Below are positions 29,213 through 39,861 of a stretch of 64,000 bases of DNA, piece after piece; the stretch's first letter is position 1; every line of letters begins with the position of its first letter. The notes under the pieces were generated by a model. That model was given only the letters and a program-made list of their open reading frames with translations. It had not been told where the DNA came from and did not search any database. The stretch is from a virus (taxonomy: Duplodnaviria; Caudoviricetes), in IMG/VR virus record IMGVR_UViG_3300028591_000095, positions 102,641 to 166,640 of that record. One strand, written 5' to 3'. Made by a program: the position numbers and the translations under genes.

Positions 29213-31792
29213 ATGCTTAAGTATGTTAGAGAGCAACTTGAAAAACAAGGTGCTTTCACAGAGTCAACTGTCGTTGAAAAAGATGAGCTTGATGATAATT
29301 TATTTACTGAAGCTGCACACGTTCTTGATGAGTTATCAGACCTTTCAACAGAAGGAACTGGAGAAGAAACTGAGACAAGAGATTTCTCAGCAGTATCAAT
29401 TCCTGTTGAAGATGACTTTGAGATTGATACGGTTGAATTCTGTATGACTGATGGTCGTATGACCGACATTCCCGGTGATGCAACTCTTCAGGAATCATAT
29501 TACAAGAGTCTCAAATCTAAAAATGATTTCTATCAGGAAGCTGTTAATTCGGTAAGACAACTTCCTAGAGAAAGTGAAGAAAACTACCTGAGCCGCGTAA
29601 GCATGAAGATGGATACTCTGTATAATGAATACATGGATGTCATTATTCAGGAAGGTTTATTCGGTTTTGGTGAAATCAAACTTTCTGATGAATCTCTTAT
29701 CTGGACAATTCATATCAACTTCGGCAAACTCAAGAGAGATGGTTCCAGTGAATACAATGTTTCACTTCCTGTATTATATGATGCTCCTAAGAAAAAGATT
29801 CTCAAGAAGCAGCTTGACTGTGTAAAGTTCTGGGATTACTGCAGACTTACAAATGCATATGATGATCTTACTTCATATGCTAATGAGCATAATATCAAAC
29901 TTCCTAAAGACGGTAATATCTGGGATGTATTCAAACCTGAGAAAGTTTGTATTCCTAGAGAACCTAAGGATGCATATAAGATGTTTGTTGTTATAAAGAA
30001 TCTCACATCTGGTGAAGATATCTGGTTCAGTATCGAATCTAAGATCAAGAAAGAAAAGTCTAAATCCGCAGAATCTACAAACGATGAAAAGACTCTCGAT
30101 CTTGAAGTTAAACATGCATCAGCTCCTAATGCTAATTTCGTTGATAAGAAGATGTTCGCTGAATCTGTTGCGATGCTTGAATCTGTTTCACGTTGGAATG
30201 ATAATCTTTATCAGGAAGCTATCAACTTCGGTGGTGCTGGTGATCCACCTGAACTTGCTGGATCAACTCCACAACCTACTCAGCAACAAGCTACACCTCC
30301 AGCTCCAGCAACAGCTCCTGCACCTGATCAGGCTCAACCTGCTGCAAATGATGAACAACCTCCAGCTCCTGATGTAAATGTAAATATTCAGAATGATGAC
30401 GGTAATCCCCCAGCTCCAGCCGATGGTGATACTCCTCCTGATGATAATCCTCCAAGTGATCCTCCTATTGCAGAGAATCCAAATGTAAATGATGTATCTG
30501 ACAGAATCGCTGACGGTGTTAATGAGGAACTCTCTAAGACATCAGTAGGTGACGATGTAGATCTTTCTGCAGATGTTAATGAAGAACCTAACTTTGATCC
30601 TATGGGTTCCGGTGATACAGGAACAGGTGATGAACTCAATGCAACTGCTCCAGATGTTGACATGAATTCTGCTGGTCCTGATGGAATGGATGAAATGAAT
30701 ACAATGGATGATGCTGAATCTCAAGCTGATATGGATTTTGAGAAGATGACTCTCAACCAACTTATCGAACAAGCTCAAGAAAAAGCTAAGGATATGACAA
30801 TCGATCAGCTCAAAGCATTTTTGATGGATAATCAGATGCCTGATGGTCAGACAGTTGGTGATACCGGTGATGCTGATATGGCACCTGAAGAAGATATTCA
30901 AGAAGGTTTCTTCAACTATTCAAGAAGTAACATAAATGGAACTCTTGATACACTGCTCAGAAAAGCTCTTGGAATTCTTAATGATGATAAGATGGATCTT
31001 TCCACATTACTCAAAGAATTCAGAAAGAACGGCAAGAAGCTCAATAAAGCTCTGAACCAGGCTGTTAAGTATGAAACCATTTACAATGAACAAGAGAAGA
31101 AACAAATACAGCTTCTCAATAGATGTCTCTGTGATATCATGAGTATGGTAAAGGATAATTCAACACCTTCAAATACTCAGACTGCAAAGCGTCTCATTAA
31201 AGCATTCTGCTCACAGGCTAAAGCTGTTGGTGCTATAATCGATGCTCATAAGGGTAATAAACCTGTTGGTGAATCAGCTGAAATAGATATCGACGATGAA
31301 GAGATGTTCGAAGAAGGATTCATCACAGCATTGTTCAATGTTCGTGAAAATCTTGAAAGAAAAGCTCAGTTCGTTAGAGATGCTGTAACAGGTCCTATCA
31401 AACGTAAAGCTGATGCCGATAAACTCACAGTCGGTTTCATTAAATCTGAATTTGCTAAACGTAAAGAATCATATACAACAGGTTCAACAAGTCAGTACGG
31501 CAACACATACGGTATAACTCGTGAGATCGAAAGAGATAACTGGAGAACCGATAAGCTTTCTGCATTAAAGTCTCTCGGTACTAAGATTGAACGTAAAGAC
31601 AGAAAACGTGCTAAGTTCAGTGCTGAAGAACTTGAGTGGCTTAATCGTACAACAGAACTTGCATCAGAGTTATATGATGATATAAATTCTGTATTGAAGC
31701 TTGATATTGATTCTGAAGCAGAAAAGCTTATGAATGCTATTGCTAAGGAAGCTTCAGAGCTTCACGAACTCTGTAAGAAATTCAAGAAATAA
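29213..31792 (+). CDS. Putative head core/scaffold-like polyprotein with many xxE motifs and a Pro/Asp-rich linker
   Basis: FTES, FTEA, LQES, YQEA, IQEG, FAES, YQEA, IQEG, VGES, FEEG. Confidence 0.55.
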   Translation: MLKYVREQLEKQGAFTESTVVEKDELDDNLFTEAAHVLDELSDLSTEGTGEETETRDFSAVSIPVEDDFEIDTVEFCMTDGRMTDIPGDATLQESYYKSLKSKNDFYQEAVNSVRQLPRESEENYLSRVSMKMDTLYNEYMDVIIQEGLFGFGEIKLSDESLIWTIHINFGKLKRDGSSEYNVSLPVLYDAPKKKILKKQLDCVKFWDYCRLTNAYDDLTSYANEHNIKLPKDGNIWDVFKPEKVCIPREPKDAYKMFVVIKNLTSGEDIWFSIESKIKKEKSKSAESTNDEKTLDLEVKHASAPNANFVDKKMFAESVAMLESVSRWNDNLYQEAINFGGAGDPPELAGSTPQPTQQQATPPAPATAPAPDQAQPAANDEQPPAPDVNVNIQNDDGNPPAPADGDTPPDDNPPSDPPIAENPNVNDVSDRIADGVNEELSKTSVGDDVDLSADVNEEPNFDPMGSGDTGTGDELNATAPDVDMNSAGPDGMDEMNTMDDAESQADMDFEKMTLNQLIEQAQEKAKDMTIDQLKAFLMDNQMPDGQTVGDTGDADMAPEEDIQEGFFNYSRSNINGTLDTLLRKALGILNDDKMDLSTLLKEFRKNGKKLNKALNQAVKYETIYNEQEKKQIQLLNRCLCDIMSMVKDNSTPSNTQTAKRLIKAFCSQAKAVGAIIDAHKGNKPVGESAEIDIDDEEMFEEGFITALFNVRENLERKAQFVRDAVTGPIKRKADADKLTVGFIKSEFAKRKESYTTGSTSQYGNTYGITREIERDNWRTDKLSALKSLGTKIERKDRKRAKFSAEELEWLNRTTELASELYDDINSVLKLDIDSEAEKLMNAIAKEASELHELCKKFKK

Positions 31793-31806
31793 GGAGGTTG
31801 ACATAA

Positions 31807-32604
31807 ATGGCTGATATCAAAAATATGCTGGACGATATTATTGATAGAACCAATAAATCATATCCAGCATCTGCAGCAAATGTCAAAGATGGAAATCTTG
31901 GAGCTCTTCATAAGATAAATGCTCCAACCACTTTCGACAAAGGTGCTTTCAAAGAAAAGCTTGCAATGTATGTACTTAAAGATGTTATTCAGGCTATGAT
32001 GGTTGATGATACATCTGATCTTGATAACACAATCGACACAGCTATACTCCGTCATATGAATGATGACTGTGGATGTGGCTGCTATAACTATCTCAAGAAT
32101 GCAAAGGAAAGACTTAAGTCTGATCTCATCGGTGATATCATTCAGGAGATAGATGCTAAAACAGATGAAGTTGCAAAGAAGGTTTCTGATACAAAGGATC
32201 CTTCAGTAGCTAATGACGTTGATGTGAAGGATCTTCTGAAGAATGTCGATGACTACGAGGAGTTTACTAAACTTCTTACTGAGAAGACAACAAATCAGGT
32301 TGTTGATCAGATGAAAAAAGTAATCGTTGGTAGTAACCGTGGTCCTGTATGGAACGACAAAGAGGTTGAAGAAGGTATTGGTAACGGAGCCAAGAAACCT
32401 ACAGCTGAGAATAATGCTGTAAAAGAATCTTCTATCATGAAGATATACTCAACTATCATCTACGAGTCATATGTTGATGGTAAACCTACTATCGACGAAG
32501 AGACTGGTATGGAGATGGCATTCATTGAGTATTGTCTTGATCAGCTGGATCATGCTTTTAAAGCAACTCCAAGACGTCCTATTATGGCTAGATATAACAG
32601 ATAA
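31807..32604 (+). CDS. Putative virion/head protein
   Basis: AAGGAGGT RBS; VKES and IYES motifs; directly follows 29213-31792. Confidence 0.5.
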   Translation: MADIKNMLDDIIDRTNKSYPASAANVKDGNLGALHKINAPTTFDKGAFKEKLAMYVLKDVIQAMMVDDTSDLDNTIDTAILRHMNDDCGCGCYNYLKNAKERLKSDLIGDIIQEIDAKTDEVAKKVSDTKDPSVANDVDVKDLLKNVDDYEEFTKLLTEKTTNQVVDQMKKVIVGSNRGPVWNDKEVEEGIGNGAKKPTAENNAVKESSIMKIYSTIIYESYVDGKPTIDEETGMEMAFIEYCLDQLDHAFKATPRRPIMARYNR

Positions 32605-32611
32605 CAAGAAA

Positions 32612-32640
32612 AATGCACCCGGGTTAAACCCGGGTGCATT
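32612..32640. terminator. Bidirectional terminator
   Basis: AATGCACCCGGG-TTAAA-CCCGGGTGCATT. Confidence 0.85.
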
Positions 32641-32643
32641 AAT

Positions 32644-32943
32644 TCATTCATTGTAGAATACAACATTATCGACTGGACATTCGTACACTTTACCATCCTT
32701 TGTATACAATACATATTTATCTGTAATTGTACGTGAATAGCTATCGAGTTCTACTGTCGTTCCTTCTTTACCAGCGATTATGATAGCATGATTATAATCA
32801 TGATATGAACCTTTACGTTCTTCTGATCCACTATCTTTAATTGCAAATACAATTCCTAAGATAATAACTCCGACAATCGCTCCTATCGGTAATGCATTAA
32901 AGATCTTGGTTAATATACTTTCTGAATTTTCATACTTTTTCAT
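32644..32943 (-). CDS. Small membrane-anchored protein
   Basis: N-terminal TM helix LPIGAIVGVIILGIVFAI. Confidence 0.65.
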   Translation of the reverse strand: MKKYENSESILTKIFNALPIGAIVGVIILGIVFAIKDSGSEERKGSYHDYNHAIIIAGKEGTTVELDSYSRTITDKYVLYTKDGKVYECPVDNVVFYNE

Positions 32944-32952
32944 TATACTACC

Positions 32953-33150
32953 TCAATACTTTCCCTGTCCGAATTTGTTCAGCTTACGTTCTTCTTCAGT
33001 TATCTCACGAGGGTTTGATTTAACAACATCACGTGCAGGTGGTAAAGTTGATGGATAGTTATATCCGAACTTCTGTGGCTTTGGTCTATTGAGGAAATCA
33101 AAGTCAGCACTATGGATTCCGAATTTACCTTTGTTCCAATTGATATTCAT
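32953..33150 (-). CDS. Hypothetical protein (start moved to MNINWNK)
   Basis: GGGAGGTGA RBS upstream of the ATG at 33150. Confidence 0.6.
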   Translation of the reverse strand: MNINWNKGKFGIHSADFDFLNRPKPQKFGYNYPSTLPPARDVVKSNPREITEEERKLNKFGQGKY

Positions 33151-33163
33151 TTCATTCACCTCC

Positions 33164-33778
33164 CTAGAAATACATAACCCAATCATTAGCACGTTTCATT
33201 GCTTCAGTGCGTGGTTCAATTACACATGTTATTATACCACCATATGAAGTGAATATGCGTGTGATGTTCTTGATAGATATTGGATCATCTGGATTGTTAC
33301 GATGCTTAGGTATTAACTGTGCAATGTTATTGATGACACTAGCTTTATACTTCTCATTCATATTCTTACGAATACCGATTGATGTAACTTCACATGTGTC
33401 AACAACCCAATCGAATATGTGATTGTATGTTGATATTCCATCACCAATATCGAACACAACTTTCTTATCGTGGTATTTCAAGAAGATGAAACAAACCACA
33501 TCCTGATGTTTACGTATAGCTGTCAGTGCATCAACTAACTTCTGAGCTGTAAGTGTTGATGTATCTGAATTGAGTATCTGTACAGTATTCTCATCAAGAG
33601 ACGTTTTCTTTACAACATTTTCTGTTACAGATTTACACAATGCAGACATTACTATATCACAGTCTTTCTTTTCTATATTAATATCCCACGGACACACAAC
33701 TTCATTGAGATGTTCGAGTGCTTCGGGAGACATCAGAGCTTTTGCTTCCTCAATAGTCATATAATCAAATCCTTTCAT
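33164..33778 (-). CDS. Hypothetical protein
   Basis: 204-aa ORF. Confidence 0.65.
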   Translation of the reverse strand: MKGFDYMTIEEAKALMSPEALEHLNEVVCPWDINIEKKDCDIVMSALCKSVTENVVKKTSLDENTVQILNSDTSTLTAQKLVDALTAIRKHQDVVCFIFLKYHDKKVVFDIGDGISTYNHIFDWVVDTCEVTSIGIRKNMNEKYKASVINNIAQLIPKHRNNPDDPISIKNITRIFTSYGGIITCVIEPRTEAMKRANDWVMYF

Positions 33779-33783
33779 AAAAT

Positions 33784-33809
33784 GGTTGATGGGGATTACC
33801 CCATCAACC
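33784..33809 (-). terminator. Hairpin/terminator overlapping the recombinase stop codon
   Basis: GGTTGATGGGG-loop-CCCCATCAACC. Confidence 0.7.
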
Positions 33810-35135
33810 TAAATCACTTAATATTGAATCAACGTCGAATGGACGAATCTTACCAGAGTTATCAACAGCTGGAGCAACGAGCTTCTCAAGCTCTTCCTTT
33901 GCAACTGTCATGAATGTTTTGAACAACTTCGGATTACTCTTGAATTCATCATGTACTTTCTTCCATGTGAACTTCTCTGAGATTGGTTGACCCTTGTCAT
34001 CGAGTACATACCAACCAGCACGATTTCCCTTAAGTCTTCCCTTCTGGTCGAGAAGCTTTATGAGAGTTCTGATGTTATCACAACCAACATGCTCACCCTG
34101 TTTGTTAATGATAATCTTGAATCCAAGTCCAGTCTTCTCATTACCAGATATATTGGTTGATGACTTAATTGGTTCAAAGATAACTGTGTTTCCTTCGAAT
34201 CCATCAGTATTGACATGGTAACGTGAATCTTCTTTAATCTCTGCAGTAAAGTTGGATACTGTTGATGCGTTGTACTCAACTGCTTTACCACCAGATATCT
34301 TAATAGATGCTGAACCATACTGGAACTGTTTCTTCGGAGGCTGGAACGCACTCATTGAAACATTATCACCCTGATGTGATATTACAATGAGAATGATGTT
34401 TGCTTCTTTAAGCATCGGAAGTATATCAGTAAGAACACCACGGAGAGTTTTAGCAGCCTGCATACCATATGTATTCGAACGAAGTTCTTCGACACCATCC
34501 ATTACTTTCTTATTATTTGCATCATATTCCTTTGCAATGATATCTGTAAGCGAGTCTGCAAATACCAAAGTCGGAGGCATTAAGAATATAGGTTTGTTGT
34601 TTGCATCACGAACTCCAGTATCCTTCAACAGTAAATCTTTATGAGCCATCTTGTTCATATAGATTTCAGTGATGTCGTTCTGGAGAGTATCATATCCGAT
34701 AGCTCCACCCTTGAGAACATAACGAGGATTCTCTCCTTCAAACCAATCATCTGGAAGCTTTGTAATCTGTTTGAGTCGTGCTACAACCAAACGATTCTCG
34801 ATATCGTAATGAACTATATTACCACCATACTTGAATGCGATGTTGGCAATGATGAACTCTGCAAGTGTTGATTTGTATGATTGAGTTGGTCCTGTAACAA
34901 CATTGAATGAACCTGCCTGGAGTCCAAGACACATGCGCTTACCAACAATTTCACCATTCTCTTTGATGATGATTTCATATCCATATGCATAGTCCATTAC
35001 TACGATTCCTGTAGAATATGAGAAGTCTACAAGACTATTCACAGTGAATACTTTAGTACCATTCGCTGACAATATCTCCATCAGCGAAGCACCTGAAAGT
35101 TCTCCAGTGATTATTTCCTTCTTCTTAACTGCCAT
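33804..35135 (-). CDS. RecA/UvsX-like recombinase
   Basis: YSTG..MD, Walker A variant GPTQSYKS, Walker B VFADSL, IVISHQ, SGGKAVEYNAS. Confidence 0.85.
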   Translation of the reverse strand: MAVKKKEIITGELSGASLMEILSANGTKVFTVNSLVDFSYSTGIVVMDYAYGYEIIIKENGEIVGKRMCLGLQAGSFNVVTGPTQSYKSTLAEFIIANIAFKYGGNIVHYDIENRLVVARLKQITKLPDDWFEGENPRYVLKGGAIGYDTLQNDITEIYMNKMAHKDLLLKDTGVRDANNKPIFLMPPTLVFADSLTDIIAKEYDANNKKVMDGVEELRSNTYGMQAAKTLRGVLTDILPMLKEANIILIVISHQGDNVSMSAFQPPKKQFQYGSASIKISGGKAVEYNASTVSNFTAEIKEDSRYHVNTDGFEGNTVIFEPIKSSTNISGNEKTGLGFKIIINKQGEHVGCDNIRTLIKLLDQKGRLKGNRAGWYVLDDKGQPISEKFTWKKVHDEFKSNPKLFKTFMTVAKEELEKLVAPAVDNSGKIRPFDVDSILSDLG

Positions 35136-35137
35136 GA

Positions 35138-35407
35138 TTATACTCCTTCTGGTAAATTAGGATCTACATCCTTAAACATGTCTTCAAGCATCATATTAAA
35201 TACTGACCTGAATTTATCGGGTTTTCCATAATATCTCCATGACATCGTCTCACAACATGGACAATATGCTTGAAGCTCGATTTGATCAACTCCTCTGTCT
35301 CGAACCCATTTGACTGATATCTGATCAGCCTTTGCTGTGAAACAGGTTATCGAACAATCCGGATTGTTACAATCAAATCCGTAAGTCTTTGGAAAATCCA
35401 TAATCAT
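35138..35407 (-). CDS. Small Zn-ribbon protein
   Basis: CNNPDC...CPCC. Confidence 0.6.
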   Translation of the reverse strand: MIMDFPKTYGFDCNNPDCSITCFTAKADQISVKWVRDRGVDQIELQAYCPCCETMSWRYYGKPDKFRSVFNMMLEDMFKDVDPNLPEGV

Positions 35408-36468
35408 TCCTCCTCTTTTTTAGTTATCTCTGATACATACTCATTGATCTTCTTTTCAACATCTACATTCGATTCCTGTTTAATATACGATATCAATTCA
35501 GGTATCGGATTTGCGATTGTTGTACGTTTATCAATATGGATTGTATCTGTGGTATTAGCTTGTTCTTCAGAATCGGTATTTTTACTTTCGACTTTGTATG
35601 TGATGTTTTTATTATTCTTATTTACTGCCATGATTGCTAAGTATTCTTCACGATTCTCTGAATGTTCTTCATTTGGAATGATGAATCTGCATGGAGTTTT
35701 GATATCTGTTGCGATTAATTCTCGTAGATGATCAGGACTGTCGATCCTTATAGTCTTAAACTCCATAGCATATGGATTCGGAATTGTGTATGTTTCATAG
35801 TTATCTTTACAGAATAAGAACTGTTTTGGAGTATCCTCATTGTATTTGGTTCGTAACATCGACCCAGCATAGAAAACATTATCACCGAAGTCAGTATATT
35901 CATGGTAGTGACCAAACACACAAATGTTCGACGCTTTTGCTAATTGATCACTCTTGAATACATAGTCTCCAGTCTTGGTTTGACACGGAGCTAATGTATA
36001 TGATGTAACAACTCCATGTCCAATAATAATATCGTATTTTCTACTGAGCCATTTGGAATAATCCTTATTGTATTCCTGTGGTAGTAACAATACTCGATGT
36101 CCAGATTCCAATACCATCTCACAAGCTTCATTTGTATAATATATATAGACATTTTCTATTTTACTTAGATTCGGAAGGAATATATCATACTGGTCCAAGT
36201 CATGTGAGAATGTACCATGAATGAAATAACACGGAATGTGAGTTCTTGTCTTACCACAATAATTACATGTGATTCGTTGTAACCATTCAGCTGCAAGTTT
36301 AGATTCATCAACATCTAATCTGTGATCGAATACATCACCAAGAATGAATATCGCATTACATTCTTCTTCGGATTCTTTGATATGTTTTAAGAATACAGCT
36401 AATGAATTCAAATAGTCTGATGGTTTTAATTTACTTGATATATGTACATCTGCAATGAATGCGAACAT
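35404..36468 (-). CDS. SbcD/Mre11-like nuclease
   Basis: ADVH, LGDVFD, HGTFSHD, GHG, FGHYH, YAGS. Confidence 0.85.
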   Translation of the reverse strand: MFAFIADVHISSKLKPSDYLNSLAVFLKHIKESEEECNAIFILGDVFDHRLDVDESKLAAEWLQRITCNYCGKTRTHIPCYFIHGTFSHDLDQYDIFLPNLSKIENVYIYYTNEACEMVLESGHRVLLLPQEYNKDYSKWLSRKYDIIIGHGVVTSYTLAPCQTKTGDYVFKSDQLAKASNICVFGHYHEYTDFGDNVFYAGSMLRTKYNEDTPKQFLFCKDNYETYTIPNPYAMEFKTIRIDSPDHLRELIATDIKTPCRFIIPNEEHSENREEYLAIMAVNKNNKNITYKVESKNTDSEEQANTTDTIHIDKRTTIANPIPELISYIKQESNVDVEKKINEYVSEITKKEEE

Positions 36469-36479
36469 GGCTATTCTCC

Positions 36480-37214
36480 TTAATCGTCATATGGATCTTC
36501 AGTCAAATATTCATCTACAGTTTGACGATATTCAAATAATGTATATGATTCGTTGAAGTGTGATGAATCTTCTGATGCTATTTTCTTATACTTGTTGAAT
36601 GTTGTTGGATTTGCGATATCGTATAATTTGATTGGTTTAACTCTACCACCAAAATATGCAACATCCATCTGATTTGTAAAAGGTATCCAATATACTGGAT
36701 GACGTACATCTGTTGAATGTAAATGTCCGTGGATGTTGTAAAGCCCGTTATTCTTGATAGGATAATGTGAGAAAACCATCCGTTTGTATTCGAATGCGTG
36801 TAGTACATAACGGAAGCCCATCTCTCGGTAAGTATTATACTGATACAGATCATTGTTTCCAAGACAAATGATACGATTACATTTAACATTCTTGAAGAAC
36901 CTCTTTACTTCATTGAAGTCTGTGCATTCTCCGTCAACCAGATCTCCTAAGTATATTAGGAGATCGGTTTCAGGAATCTTCTCAACAGCAGATTTTATTC
37001 TGTCGAAGTCTGAACGTTTGTGGCATGCAACGCCACCTTTCTTGTCACGTTTGTACAAGTGCCAGTCGGTCATGACCCAGATATCATGACCGTTCTTCTC
37101 GAAGTTATTTATGTATGCATTCAATGATTCATCCTTGATAGGTTGAGATGCTTTCGCGAATGCATTCATTACATCTTCTTTACAACGTTGCTTCTCAAGT
37201 TTATCCATTTTCAT
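36480..37214 (-). CDS. Calcineurin-like metallophosphoesterase
   Basis: TDWH, YLGDL, LGNND, FSHYP, NIHGHLH. Confidence 0.85.
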   Translation of the reverse strand: MKMDKLEKQRCKEDVMNAFAKASQPIKDESLNAYINNFEKNGHDIWVMTDWHLYKRDKKGGVACHKRSDFDRIKSAVEKIPETDLLIYLGDLVDGECTDFNEVKRFFKNVKCNRIICLGNNDLYQYNTYREMGFRYVLHAFEYKRMVFSHYPIKNNGLYNIHGHLHSTDVRHPVYWIPFTNQMDVAYFGGRVKPIKLYDIANPTTFNKYKKIASEDSSHFNESYTLFEYRQTVDEYLTEDPYDD

Positions 37215-39162
37215 TCATTCCTTTCATACCCAACATGTCATATGTTTCTTCAATTGTACGTATTGGAATATTGTGTTTCTTTGCAAGTTCAGTTTTATGT
37301 GACGTGAATGATGGATTAGGAATTACAAGCAGATTCACTTTAGTGCTGAAATCCGTTACTAACCATCCATGTTGTGTAAGTGCTGCGGTTATTCCCTGAT
37401 CACGAGTTCCAGTAAGTGCTACAGTTCCTTTGATGTTATCCATATTGGGTGTTACTTTAAATTTTATATATGGAAATGTTTTGCATATCAAATCCCAATT
37501 CTGATAAATACCCTGAACAATTGATCTGAGTTTTGCGGATCCGATATTCGGGAACTTGTTTCCATATATAATCAAAGTATCAAGTAATGGTTCTTTATCA
37601 TGATCCTTAACCCAATCAGCCATATTACTCAATGCTACATTCATATCACGCTGGAATATTGTATCAAAGATTATCTTCCAAGTCTTATCAGAAATATCAT
37701 TGATTGGCATTGCACCAAACCATTTATGAAGTTCAACATCTTCAGACGCTTTCCATATCGAGTTGATTATATTAGCTTCAGCTTTATCACCATAACCATC
37801 AAGATATGCTATCTGTCCAGTGTTGATTCCATATAAATCAGGAATACTTTCAACCAGATGACAATCATACAGATCACGAATGATTCCATCTGATATTCCC
37901 ATCATCTTCATCTTCTCACAGTATCTAACAATACCACCAATGATTACAGATGGACAATTGGGATTCAAACAACGAACTGTTTTCATCAATGTATTGAGTG
38001 GTTGACCACATGTTGGACAGTTCTTTGGTATCGGTATATTGAGAGAACCATCATGATGTGAACCAACAAAATATGGTACGATGTTATACATGATATCAAC
38101 TGTATCATCATAACGAAGATCCATCTGCATAACACGATCAAATGTAGATAATGTAACATGATCAACTGTTATATTATCGAACTTGACTGGCTGTAAACGT
38201 GCAACTGGAGTAATCTTTCCAGTCTTACCAATCTGCCATATGATATCACGAAGCTTGGTCTGTTTAACATCTTTGAGAATCTTAACTGCAACTTCGTTAT
38301 CATTATTGATGAAACATTCTTCACCGGGTTCTTCTTCGCATACGGATATAACAACACCATCGATTTTATAATCTTCATCAACATCGATTTCATGATCAAA
38401 TGTCATTGTGTATGTTGCATTATGATTTAAACAATCTTTGATGAATGTCTCCAGACGTTCATAATTTCCTGCGGTAGTTTGAACACTTGCATTCCACAAT
38501 GATGCTGGAATATATTCTCTACCATCAGATGTTAATCCACGTAAATCAATCAATGAAATCCGTTGACACATTTCAACATCACGTGATGTCATTGCGGCGG
38601 CAACATAATCACGTGGACGTTTGTATTGTGAATCTGGATGTGTTCTATTATAATGATCATATGAGTCAACGTCCAGAATCGCTTCAAACTTTAAACCGAC
38701 CGTAGTATATGGCCACGGACGATCATTGTTTTCTCTCCATCTGTCAAGCCAATCAATTCTATCAGCAAACAATTCAGTTACATCAACAGATTCACCATTC
38801 TCATAATCTCCACGTGTGAAGAATCTACGAGTATTGAAATCATATGCAACTGAACAACCATCAAATTTTGGTTGTGCAAGAATTCTCTGGTTGGGATTGA
38901 TCTTTTTGGTATTGATCCACTGCTCATAGGTTTTCTGTCCTTCACGCATTGATGTTCTGATACCATATGTTTTTGGTAATGTACACACAAGGTTGTTTAC
39001 AGCATCGGTCTGTTTGTTACGTGTATATGGTCTGATAGATTCACCACCGTGAGCTGTCATATATTCCTCAAGAAGTCTATCATATTCTTCATCGGAATAT
39101 CCTGTATCCTCTCCTCGGTTGTATTTGTCAATGATGGTTTTTAATTCTTCGGGTGTCCACAT
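37201..39162 (-). CDS. ligA: NAD-dependent DNA ligase
   Basis: SDEEYD, PKFDG, TRGD, IDGVV, WQIGKTGKITPVA, CPTC...CLNPNC, HhH repeats, C-terminal BRCT. Confidence 0.95.
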   Translation of the reverse strand: MWTPEELKTIIDKYNRGEDTGYSDEEYDRLLEEYMTAHGGESIRPYTRNKQTDAVNNLVCTLPKTYGIRTSMREGQKTYEQWINTKKINPNQRILAQPKFDGCSVAYDFNTRRFFTRGDYENGESVDVTELFADRIDWLDRWRENNDRPWPYTTVGLKFEAILDVDSYDHYNRTHPDSQYKRPRDYVAAAMTSRDVEMCQRISLIDLRGLTSDGREYIPASLWNASVQTTAGNYERLETFIKDCLNHNATYTMTFDHEIDVDEDYKIDGVVISVCEEEPGEECFINNDNEVAVKILKDVKQTKLRDIIWQIGKTGKITPVARLQPVKFDNITVDHVTLSTFDRVMQMDLRYDDTVDIMYNIVPYFVGSHHDGSLNIPIPKNCPTCGQPLNTLMKTVRCLNPNCPSVIIGGIVRYCEKMKMMGISDGIIRDLYDCHLVESIPDLYGINTGQIAYLDGYGDKAEANIINSIWKASEDVELHKWFGAMPINDISDKTWKIIFDTIFQRDMNVALSNMADWVKDHDKEPLLDTLIIYGNKFPNIGSAKLRSIVQGIYQNWDLICKTFPYIKFKVTPNMDNIKGTVALTGTRDQGITAALTQHGWLVTDFSTKVNLLVIPNPSFTSHKTELAKKHNIPIRTIEETYDMLGMKGMNENG

Positions 39163-39174
39163 ATATTATCCTCC

Positions 39175-39498
39175 TCAACGTATCAAATGTTTATTTTCAT
39201 CGAAATGTTTCTTATAAAATTTCAATGGATCTTCATACATAGTCTTGATTTCGAAATATTTTAACCATACGATTGTTTTATGCATCGTTTTCACAGTTTG
39301 ACCATTGAATGGACGATAAACCGTTAACATTATATCCGGTTCTGATGAAACTGGTTCCTTTTCCAATTCATATGTTGTTACAGTATATCCATAATAACAA
39401 TCGTCATCCATATGGTGTGGTTCCAACGGTAACGGTTCAAATATTATGAGATGATTTGTCTCGTCGTCTTTTATTGTTTCTGAGTATAATTTAACCAT
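39175..39498 (-). CDS. Hypothetical protein
   Basis: 107 aa, GGAGGA RBS. Confidence 0.65.
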   Translation of the reverse strand: MVKLYSETIKDDETNHLIIFEPLPLEPHHMDDDCYYGYTVTTYELEKEPVSSEPDIMLTVYRPFNGQTVKTMHKTIVWLKYFEIKTMYEDPLKFYKKHFDENKHLIR

Positions 39499-39510
39499 AA
39501 TATCCTCCTA

Positions 39511-39750
39511 TTACACCCATGGTGGTGTATTCTGGTTTCTTGCAAATGGTGAAGCCATACCATTTGTCATATTATTATCTTCTTCATCGTCGATTGGAAA
39601 GTTAACATCAAACATCACTCCAACATTAGACAACAGCTTATCAGCTTCAATGTCCTCTAAGATCTTCGCCATATCTCTTACAGTCATGAACTGATATGCA
39701 TGGAATGGGGTTTTGAATGATTTCTCTCTCATATTCTTGAATACTCTCAT
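39511..39750 (-). CDS. Hypothetical protein (start moved to MRVFKN)
   Basis: AAAGGAGG RBS before the ATG at 39750. Confidence 0.65.
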   Translation of the reverse strand: MRVFKNMREKSFKTPFHAYQFMTVRDMAKILEDIEADKLLSNVGVMFDVNFPIDDEEDNNMTNGMASPFARNQNTPPWV

Positions 39751-39806
39751 ATTCAATTCCTCCTTTAGATATAGAAGTACAAGAATGTTCTTCTTGCCTG
39801 GCACCT

Positions 39807-39821
39807 TAATTATATAAATAT
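39807..39821 (-). promoter_or_regulatory. Putative phage promoter ATATTTATATAATTA for the ligase/SbcD/RecA operon
   Basis: Identical to 26388-26402; directly after a terminator. Confidence 0.6.
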
Positions 39822-39830
39822 GAAAAAATA

Positions 39831-39856
39831 TATTCCCGGGCATATGCCCGGGAATA
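39831..39856 (-). terminator. Intrinsic terminator
   Basis: TATTCCCGGGC-ATAT-GCCCGGGAATA with a T tract on the minus strand. Confidence 0.85.
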
Positions 39857-39861
39857 CCGCT

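Noticed and set aside
39751-39843. N-terminal extension of the 110-aa ORF call
   Set aside because: Overlaps a terminator and promoter motif; a strong RBS supports the ATG at 39750
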